Shown: positions 11,306-21,299, numbered from the stretch's first letter. The stretch is DNA of 64,000 nt from Candidatus Multivoradales bacterium (GCA_965224065.1 CBDCYF010000005.1:2751616-2815615), one strand, 5' to 3'. Numbers and translations are program-made. The notes: generated by a model not told the origin, from the letters alone.

Positions 11306-14068
11306 TCAGGGCGTCTTGCAGGTGGCGACGCTCGCGGCGAGCCGTTCGATCTGGTCGGCCTCCCAGGTCGCGATGCCTAGGTCTCGAAGTTCCTGCCAGA
11401 GCTCGCGACCCCGTTCGAGGGCCGGTCCGGCTTCGTCGCAGTTCCCGAGCCGCACTCGAGCCCGACTCATCCCCAGATAGGTCGCCGCCATGTCCATCCT
11501 CAATTCGGCACGGCTGGAGTCCTCGGCCAACGCTTGCTCGCCCAGGGCGACCGCTTCGAGATAGCTGCCGACGGCGGCTTCCAGCCGGCCGAGATCGGCA
11601 AGGGCGTCCCCGCGGGACCGGTGGATCTTGACGACATAGCGCCGGACCTCACCGGATTCGCGAAACTCGGGGGCCAAGGTGGCCTCGACCGTCAGGGCCT
11701 TGTCGAATTCGGTCAGGGCTTCGAGCGCTCTGCCTCGTCGGGCGAGGATTCGCCCCCGCGCGGTGTAGTTGACGCCTTGATCCCCTTTGAGGAGCTGGTT
11801 GCGAGGATCGATTTCCTGGAGCTCGGCCACGGTCGAGATCGCCCGGTCCATCAGCTCGAGCGCTTCTTTGCTCTCACCCGTGGCGGCGAGCTGCCAGGCT
11901 AGCTCGCGTTGAACGACCGTGAGCTCGCGGCGGAGCGGCGCGTGCGTGGGGTTATCGGCGACGAGAGATTCCATCAGAGGAAGGGCCGGCCGGAGCTGTT
12001 CGACGGCCTCGGCGTGGTCTCCCACCATCTCGAGGCCATAGGCAATCGCCAATCGGCTGATCGCCACATCGCGACGGGTCTCGATTCCCGTAGGCTCCCG
12101 CGACAGGGCCTCTTGTTCCATTGCGAGGATCTCGCGTTGGAGTGCGAGAGCCTCCGGATACCGTCCTTGACGCCTGCGGATGTCGGCGATTCGCGAGTTG
12201 GCGACCGTGAGCGTGTGTTTGAGCTCCGCCGGCGCCGAGGGATGCTTTGCGGCTTTTTCGACCAATGCCCGGGCGGCCTCGTAGCTGCTCGCCGCTTCGG
12301 CGGTACTCGCGACCGCTTCCAGAAGCTCCGCCAGGCGCATGTGGGCTCGGGCCAGCTCTTGGCGGCTCTCGATGTCGGCTGGATCCGAGGCTTGCAGTTC
12401 GGTGAGGATCCGGACGGCTTTCTCGAAGCTCTTTTGCGCCCCCCCGTAGTCGCCCAGGTTGGCCTGGCTGGGCGTTCCCTGGACCGCGCCAACCCGCGTA
12501 TACGCCGCGGCCAGCTCCTTTTGAAGCTCGCGATCCCCCTGCGCTTCGACGGCCAAGTTGTCGAGGTATTCGAGCGCTCGCCGGACCACCACCTCGCGCA
12601 CCGGGGTGGCCCCCGGGAGGTCTTCGATGCCGTCGTAGACCTCGAAGATAAACGAGTTCGCCAAGCTCCGCAGCTCGTTGAATCGCCTTTCGGCCTTGGC
12701 GCGCTCGCGGTTGGCGATCTGCGCCTGCCAGAGTGTCGCCACCGCGCCCACCACCAGCGCCGTTGTCACCAGAGCCGCGGCGGTGACCAGCAGCCGGTGG
12801 CGGCGCGCGAACTTCCGGACGCGATACACGACCCCGGGTGGGCTCGCCAGCACCGGCTCGTGGTTGAGATACCGTTCCACGTCCGCGGCCAGCTCGACCG
12901 GCGACCCGTAGCGTAGCGTTCGGTCCTTTTCCAGGGCCTTCATGGTGATGGAGTCCAGGTCCCCTTCGAGGTCCCGGCGCAATGTCGCGGCGTCCACCCG
13001 TCGGTTTCTGGCGGCCAGGGTCGAGCCGTCTCCCAGGCTCGATAGCCGGGTGCTCGGCCGGGGTGGATCCTCCTCCCGGATCACGCGTCGCACTTCGTCG
13101 AAGCCCGCCCGTCGCAGCGTCTCCGGGTCGAACGGTTTCGCGCCCACCAAGAGCTCGTAGAGCACCACGCCCAGGGCGTAGACGTCGGTGCGGGTATCGA
13201 CATCGAGCCCGGTCAAGTCCGCCTGCTCGGGGCTCATGTACTCGGGGGTTCCCACCCATTGACCGAGCTGGGTGAAAAGCGTCTTCTCGGTCAGCCGCTG
13301 CGCCGTCGCCTTGGCGACCCCGAAGTCGATCACCTTGGGAACGGCGACGCCTTCCTCGACCTTGACCAGCAGGTTCGACGGCTTGAGGTCGCGGTGGATG
13401 ATGCCCTTCTGATGCGCGTGCTGAACCGCGGAGCACACCTCGAGCAGGAGCTCCAGGCGATCACGAGCCGACAGCCGGTGGCGGTCGCAGTAGTCGGTGA
13501 TGGGGATTCCTTCGACGTACTCCATGGCGAAGTACGGCCGCCCCGACGGGGTCGAGCCGGCGTCGTACACGCGAGCGATCGAACGGTGACTCATCAGGGC
13601 GAGCGCCTGACGCTCGGTCTCGAAACGGGCGATGACCTCGCGCGTGTCCATCCCGCGCTTGATGACCTTGAGCGCCACCCGGCGGCGCACCGGCTCGCGT
13701 TGTTCCGCCTCCCACACTTCTCCCATTCCGCCCTCGCCGATCTTCCTCAGGATGCGATAGGGGCCGAGCCGGTCCCCCTGCTTGTAAGACTCTCCGGCCG
13801 TTTGCTCTCCGTCTGCCTGAGAGACGGCCGGCACCTCTAGAAACTCGGTGCTCCCCAAGTCCGAATCGAGGAGCGACAGAACCTCGGCCAGAAGATCGGC
13901 ATCGTCTCCGCACTCCCTTTCGACAAAGGCGCGGCGATCTTCCTCCGGCCGCTCGATTGCCTGCTGGAAGACTTTCTTGGCGAGTTGCCAGCGCTCAGAA
14001 TCCACTTGCAGCTCCTCGCTCAGTCGGTCGCCGAGTGGGTGGTGCGGCCCAGTTCGCGGCGCAGCCAT
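11306..14068 (-). CDS. Serine/threonine protein kinase with a transmembrane segment and C-terminal TPR repeats.
   Basis: Hanks kinase motifs: GEGGMGEVW, VALKVIK, HRDLKPSNLL, DFGVAK, TPEYMSPEQ. One TM (LLVTAAALVTTALVVGAVATLW) is followed by about 450 aa of TPR-like helical repeats. The start is taken at ATG 14068. GTG 14005 is an alternative. The track ORF start at 14389 is an artefactual extension into the sigma factor gene. Confidence 0.8.
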   Translation of the reverse strand: MAAPRTGPHHPLGDRLSEELQVDSERWQLAKKVFQQAIERPEEDRRAFVERECGDDADLLAEVLSLLDSDLGSTEFLEVPAVSQADGEQTAGESYKQGDRLGPYRILRKIGEGGMGEVWEAEQREPVRRRVALKVIKRGMDTREVIARFETERQALALMSHRSIARVYDAGSTPSGRPYFAMEYVEGIPITDYCDRHRLSARDRLELLLEVCSAVQHAHQKGIIHRDLKPSNLLVKVEEGVAVPKVIDFGVAKATAQRLTEKTLFTQLGQWVGTPEYMSPEQADLTGLDVDTRTDVYALGVVLYELLVGAKPFDPETLRRAGFDEVRRVIREEDPPRPSTRLSSLGDGSTLAARNRRVDAATLRRDLEGDLDSITMKALEKDRTLRYGSPVELAADVERYLNHEPVLASPPGVVYRVRKFARRHRLLVTAAALVTTALVVGAVATLWQAQIANRERAKAERRFNELRSLANSFIFEVYDGIEDLPGATPVREVVVRRALEYLDNLAVEAQGDRELQKELAAAYTRVGAVQGTPSQANLGDYGGAQKSFEKAVRILTELQASDPADIESRQELARAHMRLAELLEAVASTAEAASSYEAARALVEKAAKHPSAPAELKHTLTVANSRIADIRRRQGRYPEALALQREILAMEQEALSREPTGIETRRDVAISRLAIAYGLEMVGDHAEAVEQLRPALPLMESLVADNPTHAPLRRELTVVQRELAWQLAATGESKEALELMDRAISTVAELQEIDPRNQLLKGDQGVNYTARGRILARRGRALEALTEFDKALTVEATLAPEFRESGEVRRYVVKIHRSRGDALADLGRLEAAVGSYLEAVALGEQALAEDSSRAELRMDMAATYLGMSRARVRLGNCDEAGPALERGRELWQELRDLGIATWEADQIERLAASVATCKTP

Positions 14069-14598
14069 GCCTTGGCGGTTCGCCACTCTCGCTTGACGGT
14101 GGCCGGCGAAAGCTCCAACGTCGTGGCGGTCTCCTCGACCGTGAGGCCCGCGAAGAAGCGCAGCTCGACGATCCGGGCCTGACGTTCGTCCAGTTTTTCG
14201 AGCTCCCCGAGAGCTCCGTCCAGATCGAGCAGGTCGAGATCGAGAGACGGGCTGATGAGGCGCGTCTCCTCCAGAACGACTTTTCTGCCCTGACCGCGCT
14301 TGGCGGCCTTCAAGCTGCGGGTGTGGTCGACGAGGATACGGCGCATCGCTTGGGCGGCGGCGCGGAAGAAGTGGGCTCGGTCCTTCCATTCGATCGCAAC
14401 GCCGCCGGCGAGGCGCAGGTACGCCTCGTGGACCAGTGCGGTGGCTTGCAGGGTGTGGTCGCTGCGCTCGCGGCGCATGTAGGCGCGCGCGACGCCGCGC
14501 AACTCGTTGTAGACGAGCTGCATGAGCCGGTCGCGGGCGGCGCGGTCGCCGTCGTTCCAGGCGGCGAGAAGGTGGGAGAAAGTGTCCCCGAACGACAT
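14020..14598 (-). CDS. ECF-type RNA polymerase sigma factor.
   Basis: 192 aa from MSFGDTFSHLLAAWNDGD, with sigma-70 region 2 (ELRGVARAYMRRE...ATALVHEAYLRL) and region 4 (RIVELRFFAGLTVEETA). It lies immediately upstream of, and slightly overlapping, the kinase gene. Confidence 0.75.
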   Translation of the reverse strand: MSFGDTFSHLLAAWNDGDRAARDRLMQLVYNELRGVARAYMRRERSDHTLQATALVHEAYLRLAGGVAIEWKDRAHFFRAAAQAMRRILVDHTRSLKAAKRGQGRKVVLEETRLISPSLDLDLLDLDGALGELEKLDERQARIVELRFFAGLTVEETATTLELSPATVKREWRTAKAWLRRELGRTTHSATD

Positions 14599-14756
14599 CC
14601 CCGGCTTTCCCGCGCGCAACAGGGCACGGTGCGCGCGGCCGCGGCCAAGCCGCGAAAATCGCCGCGATGGTAGCACGATGGCCAAGCTCCCCGGTCCGAA
14701 ATAAGAGGGCGCGGCGGCCGGTGCCGCCGCGCCGTGCGGACTCAAGCGACCGGGCG

Positions 14757-15545
14757 CTACTCGGGCTCCGGTCCGCTCAAATGGAGAATTCGCCAGAGCT
14801 GGTCGTGGTGACCGGCCGGGTCGAATATCTCCGCTCTTCGGGCGTCAAATTCCTCGGTCACATAGTCGCTAAGAGCGGCGTCGACCGCGTCCATGCCGGC
14901 GAGCCTTTCCAGAGCGATCCAGGTCCAGTGACTCCAGCCGCCCTTGTCATGGAGCGCGGGAACCGCCATACCGTAACCGGTGATCTCTCCGTCATCCGCC
15001 AGCTTTTCGTAGATGGGAACGAACTCCTTGTAGAGCGCGGTGCCCGCAGACCACTTGCCGGGCCGGGCGCGGTACTCGCCCATCACGAGGTACTTGGGCG
15101 GTCGGTCCCACCCCTCGGCCCTGCGGACCACCGTCCGGATCACGCGGTTGTGGGGCCGCTCCTCGAGCACCTCGTCGAAGCTACGGCGGATCGCTTCCTT
15201 TTCGGCCTTTTCCATGGCCTCCCAGGCGCCTTCAAAAGACTCCTCCGACGACGCCATTGCAGTCCAGTTGGGGTGGGACACCCACTCGACATGGGTGTAG
15301 CCGCCGTCATAGTTGGATCGGCTGGCGATGCCCCAGCCCAGGATGGTGCCCGCCGCGATCTGGCTCTCGATCTCCTTGCCGAAGTGGGTCTTGATGAGGT
15401 CGACGAGTTGGTCACCCTTGTCGGGTTTGGCCTTGTACAGAAAGACCCAGGTGGTCCAGGGAGCGGTGTCTTGGGCCGTTGCCGCCGCCGGCAGCACCAG
15501 AGCGAGCGCCAGCGCCGCCACGATCCCGATTCGAAACATCTTCAT
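14757..15545 (-). CDS. Secreted hypothetical protein of unknown function.
   Basis: 262 aa with an N-terminal signal peptide MKMFRIGIVAALALALVLPAAATAQD. I recognise no family. Confidence 0.4.
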   Translation of the reverse strand: MKMFRIGIVAALALALVLPAAATAQDTAPWTTWVFLYKAKPDKGDQLVDLIKTHFGKEIESQIAAGTILGWGIASRSNYDGGYTHVEWVSHPNWTAMASSEESFEGAWEAMEKAEKEAIRRSFDEVLEERPHNRVIRTVVRRAEGWDRPPKYLVMGEYRARPGKWSAGTALYKEFVPIYEKLADDGEITGYGMAVPALHDKGGWSHWTWIALERLAGMDAVDAALSDYVTEEFDARRAEIFDPAGHHDQLWRILHLSGPEPE

Positions 15546-15880
15546 GATCTCCTCCTCTGCTTCAAGAGTTGTCGCTTCAGGAGGAGTAGCGGAAAGCGGC
15601 GAAAAACGGGCTCACGCCATACCGGCCGGCGATTGCCTCAGCCCGGGTGCATGAGCCGGCTGGAAACGGCGCCCGTTACTCGGACTTGGCTGAGTCGGTG
15701 TCACGACCCGGTCGGAGTCTCCGCAGGGCACGCCGCGCGCCAGCCGGACTCCTGTGATCTAAGGCGCGCGGCTCGGTTTCCCTCACGCCGGATCGGTGCC
15801 GGACTCCAGGCACTCTTGCCATGCGCTCGGTCAAACGGCCCTGGTGGAGCCTCCGACCGAGGCCGCGACTGCTAGTAGCT

Positions 15881-17323
15881 CTACCGGATGTACGAGTCGA
15901 TCACCCGCTCGATGGCCTCGCTGCACACCGGGCAGAAGTGGTCGGGGTTGCGGGTGAACATGATGCAATCGGCGGCCGGACGGTAGAGCCCCTGGGCCTC
16001 GTAGCTCGCTCCTTCGAAGGCGCCGACCCGGCCGAAGTACTTCTCGGCCGCCAGCATCTTGGAGGTCACCCGCTTGACCTTCGCAAAGTACTCTTCCATG
16101 CGTTCTTCCGAGGCGCCACCGGCGCGAAGCTCGGCGCGTTCTTTCTGGAAATCCAGCGAGACACGGTCGTAGTCTGTCTGGTTCCAGGGTGTCGGCAGGG
16201 GGGTGTCGGTCTCGACCAAGGGCTTCCACTTGAGCCCGTCCGGGTCGAGAAGCGCGGTGATATTGGGCTCCCAGGGCTCGGTGCCGGGCGGGTTGAATTC
16301 CTCGTAGGAGACCTGCGAGGTGTAGTACTCGTCGCCCAGCCCCGCGAAAGCGTGGCCGAACTCGTGGACGATCAGATAGGGAAGCTGGCCGCTCTTGGCC
16401 GCCGCGGTGGAGTAGAGGTTGTAGATTCCGCCGCCGCCGTATTTCTCGCTGTTGGAGATCAGGATCAGTGCGTCGTAGGGGGCCTGGGCGGCGATCTCGC
16501 GCAGCGCCTCGTTCTCGAAGGTGAGCATGTAGCGCTCGGAGTCGAAGGTGTTGTAGGAGAGCCCGAGCGGCGTGCGGTTCCAAATGCCGGCGCGTGGACG
16601 GGTGACGCCCGATCGCTCGGAGGCGACGTCGATCGCCCAGGCGTTGAAATCTCCCTGCCGCTCGGAGAAGGGCGGGAAGGCGAACAGCGCCTCTACCACC
16701 CGGCGCGCGTCTTCGCGGTAACGGGGAAGCTCATCGTCGGAGTAGCCGTCTCCCAGCACGAGAAGATCGACCTTCTCTGACGCCGGGCCGTTCTCGAAGA
16801 CCGCCCAGACCTCGCCGGTTGTGGGAATCGGCGAGCGGTCGATGAACCGGCTCTTGGGGTCCACCGGGAGCCGGTAGATCTCCGAGAATGTCCCGTCGGG
16901 CTGCCGTTTCGAGAGCACGAGCTCTACCGGCTCCTTGGGCTCGGGGAACCGCTGCGACTCGTGGAGCGTGCGGCGGAAGCCGCTGCGCGCCTCGCCGGTG
17001 GTCTCCCACTCGCCGTAAATCGACGAGAACCCGTAGCGGTACAGCAACCGGCCGGTTTCCGGCTCCAGCACCTCGAAACGGTATTTGCCAAACCCCGGAT
17101 CCTCTTCCAACCTACTCCGGCCGCCAGGCCAGTCGCCTTCCAGGCGGAGCCGGTGGAGGCTGACGTGCTCCTCGGTCGCGGTTCCCGAATGGAAGTAGTC
17201 GAAGCGCATGGTGCGCCCGGTGAAACGGTCCGCGAACTCGCCGGCGCCGGCGTCCAGAGGAGTCAAACAGGCCGCCAGGGCGAAGATCGTCGCCATGGAC
17301 GGCACAAAACGTGGGTTCCGCAT
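15881..17323 (-). CDS. Secreted zinc metallopeptidase, possibly peptidase M64-like.
   Basis: Signal peptide MRNPRFVPSMATIFALAACL. HEXXH zinc motif HEFGHAFAGLGDEY, preceded by an NSEKYGGGG motif that I recall from the M64 family. The start was re-assigned from 17422 to 17323. Confidence 0.5.
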   Translation of the reverse strand: MRNPRFVPSMATIFALAACLTPLDAGAGEFADRFTGRTMRFDYFHSGTATEEHVSLHRLRLEGDWPGGRSRLEEDPGFGKYRFEVLEPETGRLLYRYGFSSIYGEWETTGEARSGFRRTLHESQRFPEPKEPVELVLSKRQPDGTFSEIYRLPVDPKSRFIDRSPIPTTGEVWAVFENGPASEKVDLLVLGDGYSDDELPRYREDARRVVEALFAFPPFSERQGDFNAWAIDVASERSGVTRPRAGIWNRTPLGLSYNTFDSERYMLTFENEALREIAAQAPYDALILISNSEKYGGGGIYNLYSTAAAKSGQLPYLIVHEFGHAFAGLGDEYYTSQVSYEEFNPPGTEPWEPNITALLDPDGLKWKPLVETDTPLPTPWNQTDYDRVSLDFQKERAELRAGGASEERMEEYFAKVKRVTSKMLAAEKYFGRVGAFEGASYEAQGLYRPAADCIMFTRNPDHFCPVCSEAIERVIDSYIR

Positions 17324-17420
17324 GATGCCAAGATAGCAAACCATCCAGGCGGTGCGATAAGGTGCGGCGGTCCCTCCCACCGCCAACCGTTTCTTCAACC
17401 GTTTCTTTCGAGCAGCCCAC

Positions 17421-19205
17421 ATGAGCGCTACAAAAGTCCAGTACGAGCAGGCCGCATGGTCGTTGGCCGAGCTGCTCCCCGAGCCGGTCGAAGAGGCGGC
17501 GTCGAGGCTGCTCGCCGAGATCGACGCCGAGGTCGGCGAGTTGGAGGCCGCCCGTCCGAGCTTGACCGCCGCGCCCGGTCCGGCCGAGCTCCTGAGGCTC
17601 TTGCGGGTTTACGAACGCCTGTCCGAGAAGAGCTCCGTCGTTTCCGCCTACGCCCACCTGGCGTTTGCGGCCGACACCCAGAGCGAAGAGATCCTGACTT
17701 TCAGAAACCGCATGGATCAAGCGCTCGTCGGGTTCAAGAACCGCACGATGTTCTTCTCCCTCTGGTGGAAGGGACTCGACGACGAAGAAGCCGCCCGGCT
17801 GCTGCCGGACGAGACGAGAGAGCCCGACTTCGCCCACTACCTGAAAGATCTCCGGCGGATGAAGCCCTTCACCCTGGAGGAGCGGTGCGAACAGATCGTC
17901 AACTTGAAGGACGCCGACGGCATCGACGCCGTGTTGACGCTCTACTCGATGCTCACCAACCGGCTGGAGTTCGAGGTCGAGGTGGACGGAGAGACACAGC
18001 GCCTCACCCGCGACGAGGCGACCAGCCTGGTGTTCTCGCCCCAGCCGGAGGTGCGCGAAGCCGCCTATCGTGAGCTGCTACGGGTCTACAAGGACGAGGC
18101 CAAGATTCTCGGCCAGATCTACGTCAACCGGGTCCGGGATTGGTCGCACGAACAGATCGAGCTGCGGGGTTTTGGCTCGCCGATTGCCGCCCGCAACGTC
18201 GCCAACGACGTTCCGGACCGCGCCGTCGAGGTGCTGCTCGAGACCGGCGCCGAGGCGGCGGCGGTCTTTCGCAGGTACTTTCGATGGAAGGCCGGGCAGC
18301 TCGGTGGCGCCAAGCTCCGCCGTTACGATCTCTACGCGCCGTTGAGCGCTTCCGACCGCCGGATCCCCTATGGCGACGCGGTCGAGCGGGTGCTCGAGAC
18401 CCTGGGTGATTTTCACCCCCGGTTCGAGCGGCTTGCGAGCCGGGTCTTCGATCAGGACCACATTGACAGTGAGATCCGCAAGGGCAAGAAGGGCGGCGCT
18501 TTCTGTGCCACGGTCTTGCCGTCCCAGACCCCCTGGCTGTTGGCCAACTACACCGGCCGGGTGCGGGACGTTCAGACCCTGGCCCACGAGTTGGGCCACG
18601 CGATCCACAGCATGATGGCCGAGGAACATTCGGTGCTCACCCAGCACGCGTCGCTGCCGCTGGCCGAGACAGCGTCGGTCTTTGCCGAGCGTTTGCTGGC
18701 GGACCGTTTGCTCGCCGAAGAGAGAGACCCGCTGGTCCGCCGGGAGCTGCTGGCGTCCTCGCTCGACGACATCTACGCCACGGTCGTCCGGCAAGCTTAT
18801 TTTGTCCGTTTCGAGATCGCCGCCCACGAGGCGATCCTGGCGGGCCGCTCCCCGGAGGAGCTGAGCGAACTCTACAAGGGCCTACTGAAGGAACAGTTCG
18901 GGGACTCGGTGGAAGTCTCCGAGGACTTCCGGTACGAGTGGTTGTCGATTCCCCACATCTACCACACGCCGTTCTACTGCTATGCCTACAGCTTTGGGCA
19001 GCTCCTGGTCCTGGCGCTCTACCGGCGCTACCAGGAGGAAGGCGACTCGTTTGTCCCCGGCTACCTGCGGCTGTTGGCCCACGGTGGTTCGGCCCGCCCC
19101 GAGCTGATTCTGTCCGAAGCGGGGGTCGATATGACGGACCTCGAGTTTTGGCGCGGCGGCGTGCGGGTGCTCGAGGGCCTGGTCGACGAGCTCGAAGCGC
19201 TGTAG
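17421..19205 (+). CDS. pepF: Oligoendopeptidase F family (M3B) metallopeptidase.
   Basis: 594 aa, with an HELGHAIHSM zinc motif in an M3 context. Confidence 0.8.
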   Translation: MSATKVQYEQAAWSLAELLPEPVEEAASRLLAEIDAEVGELEAARPSLTAAPGPAELLRLLRVYERLSEKSSVVSAYAHLAFAADTQSEEILTFRNRMDQALVGFKNRTMFFSLWWKGLDDEEAARLLPDETREPDFAHYLKDLRRMKPFTLEERCEQIVNLKDADGIDAVLTLYSMLTNRLEFEVEVDGETQRLTRDEATSLVFSPQPEVREAAYRELLRVYKDEAKILGQIYVNRVRDWSHEQIELRGFGSPIAARNVANDVPDRAVEVLLETGAEAAAVFRRYFRWKAGQLGGAKLRRYDLYAPLSASDRRIPYGDAVERVLETLGDFHPRFERLASRVFDQDHIDSEIRKGKKGGAFCATVLPSQTPWLLANYTGRVRDVQTLAHELGHAIHSMMAEEHSVLTQHASLPLAETASVFAERLLADRLLAEERDPLVRRELLASSLDDIYATVVRQAYFVRFEIAAHEAILAGRSPEELSELYKGLLKEQFGDSVEVSEDFRYEWLSIPHIYHTPFYCYAYSFGQLLVLALYRRYQEEGDSFVPGYLRLLAHGGSARPELILSEAGVDMTDLEFWRGGVRVLEGLVDELEAL

Positions 19206-19239
19206 GGGACACGCCCGCGAAGACGGGCGGACGGTCGGG

Positions 19240-19974
19240 CTAAAACGACAGCCGTCTCATCACCGCGCGCGGAAGGCTGCGAATCACCAGCATGATCCAG
19301 CGCCAGGCAGGTGGCGCGTACACCACCGGCCGGCCACGGTCGATCGCCCGCAGCACCCGGCGCGCGACCGTCTCCGGCTCGCCGGCGAAGGGCGGCGGCT
19401 TCAGCCCGGCGGTCATTTCGGTGCGGACAAACCCCGGCTTGACACACACGGTCCTGAGGCCTGCGGCCCGGAACCGGTGATCGAGACCTTCGAGGTACCG
19501 GCTGAGCCCGGCCTTGGCGGCGCCGTAGAAGACCACTGGCTTGCGCCCGCGCTCGCCGGCCACCGAGCTGAAAACACACAGCGTGCCCCCGCCACCGGCG
19601 AGCAGACGACGGCGGGCCTCTTCACAGAACTCCACGGTGCGCGCGAAGTCGACATCCAGAAGACGGCGCAGGTGTTTGGGATCCTCCTCGAGGTCTTCCT
19701 GTCGTGCAAACAGTGCCGCGGTCACGACGATGGTGTCGAGCCCCCCGAGGGTCTTCTCGGCTGTGTCGAGAGCGGCGGCAAAGCCGTCGGGCTCTTCGAG
19801 GTCACAGTGGGCGGTTCCAACCGGTGAGTCTCCGAGCTCGGAGAGCTCAGAAGCGCAGCGCTCGAGTGCCGCGGGATCCCGGCCGAGCAGGAGCAGCCGG
19901 TCACCGCGCGCAGCCATTTGCCGTGCGAGCGCTAGCCCCATGCCACGGGTCGCGCCCAGGACGGCGACTTTCAT
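19240..19974 (-). CDS. SDR family oxidoreductase, DprE2-like (decaprenylphospho-2-keto-ribose reductase homolog).
   Basis: Starts MKVAVLGATRGMGLALARQ with a Rossmann GxxxGxG. About 244 aa. It overlaps the upstream DprE1-like gene by 4 nt, which is the same arrangement as the mycobacterial dprE1-dprE2 pair. Confidence 0.6.
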   Translation of the reverse strand: MKVAVLGATRGMGLALARQMAARGDRLLLLGRDPAALERCASELSELGDSPVGTAHCDLEEPDGFAAALDTAEKTLGGLDTIVVTAALFARQEDLEEDPKHLRRLLDVDFARTVEFCEEARRRLLAGGGGTLCVFSSVAGERGRKPVVFYGAAKAGLSRYLEGLDHRFRAAGLRTVCVKPGFVRTEMTAGLKPPPFAGEPETVARRVLRAIDRGRPVVYAPPAWRWIMLVIRSLPRAVMRRLSF

Positions 19975-21299
19975 CCTGCGTCCCCCAGCAGACGGACCGA
20001 CTGGGCGCTGCGCAGACGGCGCTCGGGGTCCCATTTGCGTCGCGCGGCGTCAAACTCCCGCAGACGCGGCTCCATGGCGGCGAAGTGATCGCGCCGGGTC
20101 AGGGCGTCCTTGGCCAGATAGATACGTCCCCCTTCGGCGATGACCCGCCGGTTGAGATCGTCGACGATCTGCTGAGTGTGACGCCTCATCGGCAGATCCA
20201 CGGCGATCGAGATCCCCGGCCGCGGGAAGGAGAGAAGCCCCTCACCTTCTTCCCCGCAGTCCTTGATCACACACAGAAAAGACCCGGCGTGGCTCGAGAC
20301 CAGCGATTCGAGAAAACGACGGGTGGCGCCGGGACGATCGCCTTCGGGCAGCACGCACTGGTGCTGGGTGAACCCGCGTCTGCCGTAAATGCGATTCCAA
20401 TTGCGGACCATGTCCAGGGGGTGAAAGAAGCTCTCGGGATGGGCGATCGCCTTGCGGGGACGAGTGGGGTGGCGCCGGTAGTACATCGCGTTGAACAGCC
20501 GCATCGACACGGAATTGAGGACCCAACCTGGGAGGTGGAACGGGACTCCCAACCTGGGTTTGGGTTGGGGTGGTTCCGCAGGGGCCTCACCGGGCTCGGC
20601 CCAGCGCCCACAGAGCAAAATGCCCCGGCCCAATTTTCGCCCCCCGGCCAGCGCGTCCAGCCAGCCGACCGTGTACGGCCAGACACCGGCGGCTTCTCGT
20701 AGACCGCGGATCAGGTCCTCGAGCCGTTCGAAACGCCGACTTTTGGCCCAGATCCACGGCGAGGGAATCGGTAGGAGCTGCACCTCGGCTTCCAGCAGAT
20801 GGCCGGTCAGTCCCATGCCTCCGAGAGTGGCGCGAAAAAGGTCGGGGTGCAGGTCGCGAGAGCACTCGACGGCGCCGCCGTCGGCCCACAGCATCCGCAC
20901 CGAACGGACGTGACGGCCGAGGGTGCCGTGGACGTGGTGGTTTTTCCCGTGAACGTCGGCCGCCACCATCCCGCCCAGGGTGACGTATTGAGTCCCGGGC
21001 AGGACGGGGAAGGTCCAGCCGCGCGGCAGAACCATCCGCTGAATCGTTTCCAGCGAGATCCCGGCTTCGGCCCGCAGGACGCCCGCGGTCTCGTCAAAGA
21101 CGAGAACCCGGTTGGCTCGTGTCGAGCCGGCCACCTTTCGGACCCCCGGCGGCGGCAGTGATGAATCCCCGTACGAGCGGCCCAGTCCGCGGGTCAGGAC
21201 CGCGTCGCGGGCCACCTCCTCGAGATTCTCGCCCAGGATTTCTTCCCCTGGGGCGGAGGTCCCCCCCCAGCCTCGGAGCATCGGTTCTCTTGCCGCCAC
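19971..21299 (-). CDS. FAD-binding oxidoreductase, DprE1-like.
   Basis: 442 aa. Shares DprE1 blocks from memory: GLGRSYGD, PVLPGTQYVTLGG, HGKNHH, GGMGLTG, YLAKD. Confidence 0.7.
   Translation of the reverse strand: MAAREPMLRGWGGTSAPGEEILGENLEEVARDAVLTRGLGRSYGDSSLPPPGVRKVAGSTRANRVLVFDETAGVLRAEAGISLETIQRMVLPRGWTFPVLPGTQYVTLGGMVAADVHGKNHHVHGTLGRHVRSVRMLWADGGAVECSRDLHPDLFRATLGGMGLTGHLLEAEVQLLPIPSPWIWAKSRRFERLEDLIRGLREAAGVWPYTVGWLDALAGGRKLGRGILLCGRWAEPGEAPAEPPQPKPRLGVPFHLPGWVLNSVSMRLFNAMYYRRHPTRPRKAIAHPESFFHPLDMVRNWNRIYGRRGFTQHQCVLPEGDRPGATRRFLESLVSSHAGSFLCVIKDCGEEGEGLLSFPRPGISIAVDLPMRRHTQQIVDDLNRRVIAEGGRIYLAKDALTRRDHFAAMEPRLREFDAARRKWDPERRLRSAQSVRLLGDAG

Noticed and set aside
11909-13436. Several 300-500-aa ORFs (11909..12916 +, 11952..13436 -, 11974..12492 -) inside the kinase locus.
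   Set aside because: They are alternative frames of the Ser/Thr kinase-TPR gene. They consist of Arg/Pro/Gly-rich low complexity and have no motifs.
15821-16780. 319-aa + strand ORF and 250-aa - strand ORF overlapping the metallopeptidase gene.
   Set aside because: They are antisense or off-frame to the HEXXH-containing peptidase gene. The amino-acid composition is typical of GC artefacts.
19704-20702. 332-aa + strand ORF.
   Set aside because: It is antisense to the DprE1-like FAD oxidase, which has strong conserved blocks.
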